From an uncultured virus (IMG/VR IMGVR_UViG_3300042445_002020) (Duplodnaviria; Heunggongvirae; Uroviricota; Caudoviricetes): a stretch of 64,000 nt of DNA. Under the pieces are notes generated by a model. It saw nothing but the letters and a program-made list of their open reading frames with translations, searched no databases and was not told the origin of the DNA. Below are positions 31,892-40,066 of this stretch, one piece after another (the first letter of the stretch is position 1; each line of letters starts with the position of its first letter). The DNA lies in the IMG/VR virus record IMGVR_UViG_3300042445_002020. One strand, written 5' to 3'. Made by a program: the position numbers and the translations under genes.

Positions 31892-31977
31892 TATTAGTAG
31901 ATGAAAAATTCATAAAAAGATATTATAATATTTATGATTATTACGATAATCAAAAAACTAATAAGACACTAATATAA
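31891..31977 (+). pseudogene. Internally deleted remnant of a paralogue of 30513..31274
   Basis: Translates ILVDEKFIKRYYNIYDYYDNQKTNKTLI*, i.e. the start (MLVDNNFI) joined to the end (RYNSIYDFYDTPKTNKTLI) of the sulfotransferase-like gene. Start codon is ATA. Confidence 0.75.
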
Positions 31978-31978
31978 G

Positions 31979-32281
31979 ATGTTTAAAATACCCGCAATTA
32001 ATTATAAAGAAATATTTGAAGCTTGGAAAATTTCACGTAATCCGACACCAAAACAAGAGGAGTTAGCTAAATTAAGACTCGAAGTATGTTTGGGGTGTGA
32101 ATTTAGAAAAGAAACAATAAAAGGGTTAAAATGGAGTGCTCTTTGTGGAAAATGTGGGTGTCCTCTGAATAAGAAAGTGTTCTCAACAAACTACAACGCT
32201 TGTCCAGCAAAAAAATGGGAAAATACCGATTTTGGGTATATAGAACCAAAGGAAGATAAAAAAAATAAGACATTAATCTGA
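31979..32281 (+). CDS. Small Cys-rich (probable metal-binding) protein
   Basis: RLEVCLGC...CGKCGCPL...CPAKKW; ends KTLI. Confidence 0.7.
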   Translation: MFKIPAINYKEIFEAWKISRNPTPKQEELAKLRLEVCLGCEFRKETIKGLKWSALCGKCGCPLNKKVFSTNYNACPAKKWENTDFGYIEPKEDKKNKTLI

Positions 32282-32308
32282 GATTTTGATTAAAATCATT
32301 AATTCACC

Positions 32309-32316
32309 TATTTATA
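32309..32316 (+). promoter_or_regulatory. Putative late-promoter motif TATTTATA
   Basis: Intergenic, 19 nt before ATG 32336; same motif as before the tail fibre genes. Confidence 0.45.
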
Positions 32317-32335
32317 TATAAACGGAATAAAATTT

Positions 32336-33811
32336 ATGAAAGCAACGATAATTGGTAGTGATTTACTACAAAAAGACGGATCAGTTAAAATTATAGAAAT
32401 AAACACTAATACCTGTATCACCAACGATGGTGCAAACTTATTAGATTATACAGCGTTATTCAGCATGTTAACGGATAATAATATTACAGAATTTCATTAT
32501 ATATTGACTGAAGGAAAAGCGTATTCCCCTTTAGATGAACCACATAAGTTTCGTAATATATTACAAACTAAATGTTTAGAAAACGACATATCTTTTAACG
32601 AACACGTTGTACCCGCTAATTCAGTTACGGTGCCATATATAGAAGATGCATCTCATAAATTTATTTTAAGACAAGCATTTGATACCACGGCATTAGTGGA
32701 TGATTTATATTGTGCCGACAAATTTGAGTTTTTTAATTTAATGAGTGGATCCACATATATTCCAAAAACATATTTTACATCTGAAGAATTAAATTTAAAT
32801 ACTTTAGATGAAGTAGATTACGACACAACCAAACCAAATCTTTTGATAAAATCAAAACAGGTTTCGTATGATGTTATGGCATATCCGGCAATATATAATG
32901 TTACCGATTCAAACCAACTATCTGAAGTTATTGGTTCCGTTGAAAGTGGTCATTTAGTTCAAGAATTCATATTTTCTGAGGATAATGTGGTGGATGGAAG
33001 ATATTCAACAATAAGAAGTATTGATATTATATATGGTCCTAATTTAGATATCATTAATATGGGTGGATATACTCACTCGAGTAGATTACCACTCACATTT
33101 AGTGAGGATGAACTTATTTCCGATACTAGAAAGTTTAATCAAAAAACTAGACATAAGTATATTACAAAATCTATTAGGAATCGAGTAGAAGGAAACGAAT
33201 ACCATACAGATGACGATTCAAATATTTTAAAATATGATGGTACTTTAGTGGATGTTGACACTATTCAATTAGGTGACTTTATTCGTTCTATTAATTTTAC
33301 CGATACTAATGAAAATGAAGCGGCTTCATTTACAAATAATATAGCCACATATGGATGGACTGGTACACTATCACAATTAAACAATACGTTAACACCAATG
33401 CAATCTGAATTAGTGGGTATGGTATCAACATCACTAGAAATGGTAATGATAAAGGTAACTTTATCGGATGGACGAACTTGGACAGAAGCTCCAAATTCTA
33501 CTTTTTTTATTGAAGAAAAAGACTCTACCGAAACCAGATGGGAGGTAATAAATAATTGTTATATTGGTGATAAAATAGTTGTTACAGATTCTAATACAAC
33601 CGAATTAACGGCGGTAGCGATTTCTAATTTAGAGATGGTATACGAAACTAAAACAATATATACTTTAGATTTTGCACCATCCGATTTATTCTTAGTGGAT
33701 GTTGGAGATAGTGATTTTGCTGTAATGCACAATGGTTGTTGGTGTAGTTATTGGTATTGTGGTAACTATTGTTATCAACAATATTGCCCAACTTGTTTCT
33801 CCGAAAAATAA
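32336..33811 (+). CDS. Circularly permuted ATP-grasp-like domain + degenerate Hint domain + 25-aa Cys/aromatic-rich C-terminal peptide
   Basis: GSDLL..GSVKIIEINTN at the N-terminus, then DKFEF, IPKTY, LLIK, LVQEFI. Hint-like ILKYDGTLVDVDTIQLGDFI...IGDKIV...IYTLDFAPSDLFLV...MHN, then GCWCSYWYCGNYCYQQYCPTCFSEK. Confidence 0.7.
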   Translation: MKATIIGSDLLQKDGSVKIIEINTNTCITNDGANLLDYTALFSMLTDNNITEFHYILTEGKAYSPLDEPHKFRNILQTKCLENDISFNEHVVPANSVTVPYIEDASHKFILRQAFDTTALVDDLYCADKFEFFNLMSGSTYIPKTYFTSEELNLNTLDEVDYDTTKPNLLIKSKQVSYDVMAYPAIYNVTDSNQLSEVIGSVESGHLVQEFIFSEDNVVDGRYSTIRSIDIIYGPNLDIINMGGYTHSSRLPLTFSEDELISDTRKFNQKTRHKYITKSIRNRVEGNEYHTDDDSNILKYDGTLVDVDTIQLGDFIRSINFTDTNENEAASFTNNIATYGWTGTLSQLNNTLTPMQSELVGMVSTSLEMVMIKVTLSDGRTWTEAPNSTFFIEEKDSTETRWEVINNCYIGDKIVVTDSNTTELTAVAISNLEMVYETKTIYTLDFAPSDLFLVDVGDSDFAVMHNGCWCSYWYCGNYCYQQYCPTCFSEK

Positions 33812-33874
33812 ACTATATAAGTAATATATAGTTCTAATCTCAAAGTATTAATAATTCAAATAAAAAATAAAATT

Positions 33875-34024
33875 ATGGCAAAGGTAGAAAAAATAAGAGT
33901 ATCAAGACCCGCACAGGTAGTTAAAGTAATTACTGGTCCATTATCTAATGATTTAAAAACAAAAGTAGCAACTGCATTTGAATCTGTCGTATCTGCAATT
34001 AAAGTTAAACATTTAGGAGAATAA
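33875..34024 (+). CDS. Small basic 49-aa protein (not in the ORF track)
   Basis: MAKVEKIRVSRPAQVVKVITGPLSNDLKTKVATAFESVVSAIKVKHLGE, preceded by an A-rich leader. Confidence 0.65.
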   Translation: MAKVEKIRVSRPAQVVKVITGPLSNDLKTKVATAFESVVSAIKVKHLGE

Positions 34025-34066
34025 TATCTACTAAGTATTTGATTTCATTAGTTAAATTGTTATAAG

Positions 34067-35116
34067 ATGAAATCTAAAATAGATTTAAAGAATTATTTTT
34101 GTGGTGTTCCCTTTAATTCATTAGAAATACATAATAATGTTTGTTTTGTTTGTTGCCCATCATGGGTACCAAATAAAATAGAACTTAGTGAAATACCACT
34201 AAAAGATGTTTATAATAGTGAACCTGTAGTTGATATTAGAAATTCAATATTAGATGGTTCGTTTAAGTATTGTAATAAAGAACTTTGTCCTTATTTAAGT
34301 AAATTAGTAAACTATGGGGTAACATCTGGTCCAGTTACTTTAAAATCCAATTCAACCATCAATGACCCAATTGTAAAGAATGGTACTCCAGATAATATTG
34401 TGATGAACTTTGATAGGACTTGTAATTACAAATGTCCTTCATGTAGAGTTGATTTAATTGTTGAAAATAGTGAAGGTATAAAACGAGTTGAAAAAACAAT
34501 TGAGGAGATTGATAATTACTTTTCACAACACGTTAAGACTTTATACATTACAGGATCGGGAGACCCATTTGTTTCCGTTGGGTTTAGAAACTATCTTAGA
34601 AACTTTAACCCCAAAAAATATCCAAACTTAAAATCAATACACTTACATACTAACGCATCGATGTGGAATAAAGAAATGTGGGATAGTATGCCTAACATAC
34701 ACAAATACGTTCATACCTGTGAAATCAGTATAGACGCCGGTACCAAAGATACGTATGAAAATAAAACAAGATTAGGAGGTAATTGGAAGAACTTATTAAG
34801 TAATCTTAAATTCATAAGTACGTTACCAATAAATGTGAAAACATCCTTTGTTGTACAAGATTCTAACTATATGGAAATGGGAGAATTTTATAACCTGATG
34901 TATTCTATTTTTGGTAAAAAAGTAAACGTGTTCTTTGGTAAGATAACTAATTGGGGGACATTTTCTGAAGGAGAATTTAAATTAAAACAAGTATGGGACA
35001 CGGACCATCCCGAGCATCAACTATTTAAAAATGAATTTAATAAAATATGGAAAAATCAAAATCTATTTCATAATTTATATGAGTTTATTGACACCACAAA
35101 TAAAACTTTAATTTAA
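34067..35116 (+). CDS. Radical SAM protein
   Basis: CNYKCPSC, GSGDPF, HTNA, ISIDAG; N-terminal C..CC..C..C cluster. Confidence 0.9.
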   Translation: MKSKIDLKNYFCGVPFNSLEIHNNVCFVCCPSWVPNKIELSEIPLKDVYNSEPVVDIRNSILDGSFKYCNKELCPYLSKLVNYGVTSGPVTLKSNSTINDPIVKNGTPDNIVMNFDRTCNYKCPSCRVDLIVENSEGIKRVEKTIEEIDNYFSQHVKTLYITGSGDPFVSVGFRNYLRNFNPKKYPNLKSIHLHTNASMWNKEMWDSMPNIHKYVHTCEISIDAGTKDTYENKTRLGGNWKNLLSNLKFISTLPINVKTSFVVQDSNYMEMGEFYNLMYSIFGKKVNVFFGKITNWGTFSEGEFKLKQVWDTDHPEHQLFKNEFNKIWKNQNLFHNLYEFIDTTNKTLI

Positions 35117-35637
35117 TGAAAATCTCATTTAGTAAAGAAGAATGTGATTATATAATCAATTTATCCAAAGAATTAGATAAAATAAATCCGTTTGATAAAC
35201 CTGACCATATGAGTAAAGATAAAACTTTTAAGGTAAACTATGATGTGTGGTTAATTAATAGAAACGAAAAAACTCAATGGATATTTGATAAAATTCACAT
35301 GTATTTTACGAATAAAACTGATTTAAAAATAAAAAAAGAATTAGATAAAATATACATACACAAATATATTGAAGGACAACAATTTTCAAAACACGCTGAC
35401 ACATATTATAAAACACAAATACACAATGTGGGTGTTTGTTTAAATAATGATTATGATGGAGGTGAATTTGTTCTTTATAATCCAGAAGAACCGTTACCAA
35501 AAGAGACGGGTATTATATATACTTTCCCTAGTCAAAGAATACATGAAGTAAAAAAAATAATAAAAGGTGAAAGATGGAGTATAATTGGATTTTTACATAT
35601 TGACAATTTAGATCTTCAAAAAAAATCACTAATATGA
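35116..35637 (+). CDS. 2OG-Fe(II) oxygenase
   Basis: FSKEEC, HAD, LNNDYDGG, HEVK...RWS. Confidence 0.85.
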   Translation: MKISFSKEECDYIINLSKELDKINPFDKPDHMSKDKTFKVNYDVWLINRNEKTQWIFDKIHMYFTNKTDLKIKKELDKIYIHKYIEGQQFSKHADTYYKTQIHNVGVCLNNDYDGGEFVLYNPEEPLPKETGIIYTFPSQRIHEVKKIIKGERWSIIGFLHIDNLDLQKKSLI

Positions 35638-36191
35638 AAATTGGTATAACAGGTCATTCAGAAGGAATTGGAAACGATATCTATTTGAATTTAATAAAAG
35701 AATATGATGTCACAGGATTTAGTAGAAGTAATGGATTTGATATAAAAAATACAGATGAAATTATTGAGCAATTAGAAAATTGTGATGTTTTTATAAACAA
35801 TGTATACGAAAAAAATCACCAAACAATATTATTTGAATTAATTTTTGATAAATGGAAGTTTTTACCAAAAACAATTATTAATATGAATAGTAGTTGTGTT
35901 TATCATTCATCCGATTGGTCACCAGAATATGCAAATAATAAAAAAGAGTTAAAAGAAGTATCTTTAAATGCAATTAGAAATAATAAAAATAAAAAAGTTA
36001 GAGTCATAAATTTATATCCATCCACCTTATCAACTCATATGGGGTTTGAAAGTTTAAATAAATTAGATACTGAAAATCTTGCAAAAATGATAAATTGGTT
36101 AATAAAACAACCACAGGAAGTTGAAATTAGGGAAATGAGTATATACTGTACAACAGTGGAGAAAGAATTCAAAATAGATAAATTAATATAA
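35634..36191 (+). CDS. Short-chain dehydrogenase/reductase-like protein
   Basis: ITGHSEGIG, VFINN, IINMNS, YANNK (YxxxK). Confidence 0.75.
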   Translation: MKIGITGHSEGIGNDIYLNLIKEYDVTGFSRSNGFDIKNTDEIIEQLENCDVFINNVYEKNHQTILFELIFDKWKFLPKTIINMNSSCVYHSSDWSPEYANNKKELKEVSLNAIRNNKNKKVRVINLYPSTLSTHMGFESLNKLDTENLAKMINWLIKQPQEVEIREMSIYCTTVEKEFKIDKLI

Positions 36192-37361
36192 ATGGAAATA
36201 CAATTTTGGTATTGTGGTAATCTACCAAACACGAATATTAAAAACTCAATTGAAAAAATAGATAATACCATTTTATTCAAAAACATTTATATTGATGAAA
36301 TAGACCTCACAAAATTAAATTTTTTAGTTTTATTGTTAGAAACAGAATGGACTAATTCTTCAAATTATGGTGTGGTACATACACACACTAACAAATTTAT
36401 GGAATTGATAATTAAATTACAGAGTAATAATTTTTATTTTATGTTGGATAATTCAGGAGAAGCCGAACTTTGGGTTGATGGACTATCCTCAAAATTCTTT
36501 GATTTATTAAATAAAAATAAAATTGATTTCAACAGATTAATCGTAATTAATAATGACTCATCTAAAATTGGGTTGAATAAAACAAGGTATGGTAATTTTA
36601 TATTAAATACGTGTTTCTTCCCTAATTTTTTCTTATCGACCTATAATCAAATGAATGAGTATGTTACTATTAATGAGGGAATTAAACCAGATAAAAAGTT
36701 TTTATGTTTGAATAGAAGAATGAATTTTCAAAAATATCAAATTATTGAAGAATTATTTAATAAAGGGTTATTAAAAGATACTCGATTTACATGGGTACGC
36801 AACTCGGTACCCAACAATAAGATAAGTAAAGAATTAATACTAGAATACAATATAGATGTAAATAACTTCAAATCAATTCAATTGGAGGGTGATGTAATGT
36901 ACGGAAGTGATTTATCGCGTCACGATGAGTTTCTATTCACAATAAACCCTAATTGGTACTATAAAAGTAAAGTTAATATTATAACCGAAACAACGTTATA
37001 TAAAAATTCAATACATCTTACAGAAAAAACATGGAAAGCCATATATCTAGGTGTTCCATTTGTTATATATTCTCCATCACGAAATTATCTTAACACCTTG
37101 AGAGATATGGGGTTTAAGACGTTTAATTCGGTGATAAATGAGGATTATGACAGTATTATAGGTAATGATAAGATAACTCAAATTATAAATAGTGCGGAGG
37201 AATTAGTTACCATTTATAACACACCGGAAGTGTTGGATATATGTAAATTTAACCAAGAATTATATTTTAATTTTGAGCATCGAAAAAGAATATATGAAGA
37301 AGTTTTTTTAAATAAAATTCACGATGCTCAAAATTTAACAAACCCTAAAACATTAATATAA
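36192..37361 (+). CDS. Conserved hypothetical protein, possibly GT-B glycosyltransferase-like
   Basis: KFLCLNRR, NIITET, LTEKTWKAI...PF...GFKTF...EDYD. Confidence 0.5.
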   Translation: MEIQFWYCGNLPNTNIKNSIEKIDNTILFKNIYIDEIDLTKLNFLVLLLETEWTNSSNYGVVHTHTNKFMELIIKLQSNNFYFMLDNSGEAELWVDGLSSKFFDLLNKNKIDFNRLIVINNDSSKIGLNKTRYGNFILNTCFFPNFFLSTYNQMNEYVTINEGIKPDKKFLCLNRRMNFQKYQIIEELFNKGLLKDTRFTWVRNSVPNNKISKELILEYNIDVNNFKSIQLEGDVMYGSDLSRHDEFLFTINPNWYYKSKVNIITETTLYKNSIHLTEKTWKAIYLGVPFVIYSPSRNYLNTLRDMGFKTFNSVINEDYDSIIGNDKITQIINSAEELVTIYNTPEVLDICKFNQELYFNFEHRKRIYEEVFLNKIHDAQNLTNPKTLI

Positions 37362-37915
37362 TGCGAGTTCTGGTTTTATCCCATACGAGATGTGGATCTA
37401 CCACGTTATGTAAATGGTTAAGTAAAGAGTTAGATATTGTTTTGGACGAAAGACCATACGATTTTAAAACATTTAATTCGATAACTAAATCTAATAATGT
37501 TATAAAAAAAATTGTTGTTGAGGAATATTACCCAACAAAAGAGGACATTATTAAATTTGATAAAGTTGTGTGCTTAACAAGGGAAAATAGTACAGAAGCG
37601 TCGATTAGTTTTACACAATCCAAAAATATTGATAAATGGCACGATCAATATGAAATAACAACGGAATGGATTGGTGAAAATAAAAATGAAATATTGAAAC
37701 AAATATACAAATATGACGAGATGAAATTAAGGTTAAAAGAATATAAGGTTTTTCAAACAACATATGAAAGTATCTATGTTAGTAAATCTGATATTAATAA
37801 AATTTTAAACTATATGGATATTGATTCACCAAAATATTTAGATATGTTAAATTATGATAAAAAATATAGAAAAGATAATAATGTTTTTATTAAAAAACAT
37901 ATTGGAATTATATGA
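37361..37915 (+). CDS. Sulfotransferase-like protein
   Basis: SHTRCGSTTL, ERP, CLTR, TYE; similar to 27919..28578. Confidence 0.6.
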   Translation: MRVLVLSHTRCGSTTLCKWLSKELDIVLDERPYDFKTFNSITKSNNVIKKIVVEEYYPTKEDIIKFDKVVCLTRENSTEASISFTQSKNIDKWHDQYEITTEWIGENKNEILKQIYKYDEMKLRLKEYKVFQTTYESIYVSKSDINKILNYMDIDSPKYLDMLNYDKKYRKDNNVFIKKHIGII

Positions 37916-38565
37916 TAAGAATATATTACCATATTTACGCAATTGATGGGGTTGAGTCGATTATAGAAGAACAACTTTCTTTAATGGAAACCCATTTTAA
38001 TTTTAAACATATAATAAACATTGGAATATGTTTATCGGAAGAAAACATACCAATAGATAATATTATTAAATTAATCGACAAGTACAATAAATCAAATCAT
38101 ATAGTTGTTTGTGATATTAAAAATGAATGCAATGAGTTTGTAACTTTAGACTTAATAGAAACACATAAATCAACATTTGATGATAACGATTTAATTTTTT
38201 ACCTACACACTAAGGGAGCATCTAAACAAAAAAGTGATGATTATAAAGAAAATGTAATTTGGAGAAACAGAATGCAAGATGTTAACATAAAAAACCACAA
38301 TCATGTTTTTAATTTGTTTAATAGTACCGATTTTAACACATATGGTTTATTATTAGAAAATGTAAACAATTTAATTTATTCAGGAAATTTTTGGTGGGTT
38401 AAAGGAAAATATATTAAAACAATTAATATTGAAGATGTTGAAAAGAATAGATGGAATGCGGAGTCACAATACATACAAAATGGAACTAATTGGAACCCAT
38501 ATTCGGAGTATGTTAAAATGATAAAAACAAAACCTCCATATTATAAAAAAAACAAATTAATATAA
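37912..38565 (+). CDS. Hypothetical protein, possibly glycosyltransferase-related
   Basis: IYYHI, NEFVTL, FYLHTKG, YSGNFWW. Confidence 0.5.
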   Translation: MIRIYYHIYAIDGVESIIEEQLSLMETHFNFKHIINIGICLSEENIPIDNIIKLIDKYNKSNHIVVCDIKNECNEFVTLDLIETHKSTFDDNDLIFYLHTKGASKQKSDDYKENVIWRNRMQDVNIKNHNHVFNLFNSTDFNTYGLLLENVNNLIYSGNFWWVKGKYIKTINIEDVEKNRWNAESQYIQNGTNWNPYSEYVKMIKTKPPYYKKNKLI

Positions 38566-38574
38566 TTATAAAAT

Positions 38575-39375
38575 ATGAATCCATTAAAATATTGGACATT
38601 GGAGGGATTTGAAATATCTTCATTTCAATTTAATTTAAATGAAAGAAAGGGAAAAACACATAAAACATCGGGTTCCGATAATACGAGGTTGTGTACATAT
38701 ACATATAATGAATTAGGATTTAGAGGTGATAGTGTAAAAAAAGAGGGGTTTAAAGTAATGTCATTAGGTTGTTCACATACCGAAGGTGTTGGTGTTGATT
38801 ACAATAATACGTGGCCAACGCAATTTACAAATCTTATACCAAACGGTGTTAATATGAATTTTGGTGTGGGTGGTAGAAGTAATGATTTTATTGTTAGATG
38901 TTTGATGTCATATTATGATGTGATAAAACCGGATTTAGTGTTAGTAATGTACCCATCACCATTAAGAAGGGAAGTGTATACAAAAGATGGAGGAGTGGAA
39001 CCATTTGTGCCAACTCATTCATGGGGATATATGAATGGAACCGAAGACGGTAAACAAACACAAAATTATTTAACCGAGTTACAAAACGATAATGAAGATT
39101 TTATTAATTGGTATAAAAATCACCAACTAATAAAATTATTTTTAGAATCTAAAAATTGTAATTGGATTTGGAATGGGTCATTCGGTATACCAATCGAATA
39201 TAGTGAATATAATAGATTTGATGGGGAATACCTATTTTTTATTGATAAGGGTGTTGATGGTGGTCATCCAGGACCCAAACAAAATAAAAGTTACGCCAAT
39301 AAATTACACGATTATATTTTATTAAATTTCCCAAATTACATACCATTTGATAATTTTAAATCAAAATTAATATAA
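38575..39375 (+). CDS. SGNH-hydrolase-like protein
   Basis: NELGFRG, LGCSHTEGVG, NFGVGG, DGGHPG. Confidence 0.7.
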   Translation: MNPLKYWTLEGFEISSFQFNLNERKGKTHKTSGSDNTRLCTYTYNELGFRGDSVKKEGFKVMSLGCSHTEGVGVDYNNTWPTQFTNLIPNGVNMNFGVGGRSNDFIVRCLMSYYDVIKPDLVLVMYPSPLRREVYTKDGGVEPFVPTHSWGYMNGTEDGKQTQNYLTELQNDNEDFINWYKNHQLIKLFLESKNCNWIWNGSFGIPIEYSEYNRFDGEYLFFIDKGVDGGHPGPKQNKSYANKLHDYILLNFPNYIPFDNFKSKLI

Positions 39376-39992
39376 TGTTTACAATAGAAGAATTTGAGGG
39401 GATATATGAACAATTTATGTGTGGTAATATTAATGCCATTGTTGATTGTTTAAATGAGGGTGACGTATTGGTTGATATTGGTGCAAATACTGGATTAATA
39501 TCAAAACGAATTATGGAGAAAGTTAACCTAAGTAAAGTTATTCTAATTGAACCGATAAAACCATACTATGAGGAATGTCTAAGGAAATTTGAAGGTAACC
39601 CAATAGTGGAGTTTGAAAATATCGGGTTTAGTAATGAAAACGGATTTAAAAGGTTTTTATGTTCTGAACAAAATTTTGGTTACAATAAGATTTATACAGA
39701 AGGTATGGAAATTCACCCACATTTTGTGGAAGACATATATTGTATAAAATTTAGTGATTGGGTCAAAGATAGAAAGATTGATTTCATTAAGATAGATGCC
39801 GAGGGACACGACACCAACATCATTAATGGCATGGTTGAATGGTTAGATGTGATAGAAAAAAAACCATATATTTTATTTGAGGGAGATTGGTATGAAGATT
39901 TGGAGGTTACCACCTCAAACATGATGAAAAATAGGTATTCTTACAATATAACACACCTTGGAAGAGACATTTTACTTCTACCCCAATTATAA
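39375..39992 (+). CDS. FkbM-family methyltransferase
   Basis: VDIGANTG, IEP, IDFIKIDAEGHD. Confidence 0.9.
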   Translation: MFTIEEFEGIYEQFMCGNINAIVDCLNEGDVLVDIGANTGLISKRIMEKVNLSKVILIEPIKPYYEECLRKFEGNPIVEFENIGFSNENGFKRFLCSEQNFGYNKIYTEGMEIHPHFVEDIYCIKFSDWVKDRKIDFIKIDAEGHDTNIINGMVEWLDVIEKKPYILFEGDWYEDLEVTTSNMMKNRYSYNITHLGRDILLLPQL

Positions 39993-40037
39993 TATACCCC
40001 TTTTAAAAATAATAGGATTCCGGTTCAATAATTTGAG

Positions 40038-40045
40038 TATTTATC
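40038..40045 (+). promoter_or_regulatory. Putative late-promoter motif TATTTATC
   Basis: AGTATTTAT context as at 3159; 21 nt before the tail fibre ATG. Confidence 0.4.
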
Positions 40046-40066
40046 TAAGTATAATACCATATTTAG

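Noticed and set aside
32282..32297. Inverted repeat GATTTT-GATT-AAAATC as a terminator
   Set aside because: Short, AT-rich stem with no U-tract; expected by chance.
33200..33733. Canonical splicing intein (mobile element)
   Set aside because: No N-terminal Cys/Ser, no block-B His, Gly at +1 and no endonuclease motifs, so it is treated as a cleavage-only Hint domain.
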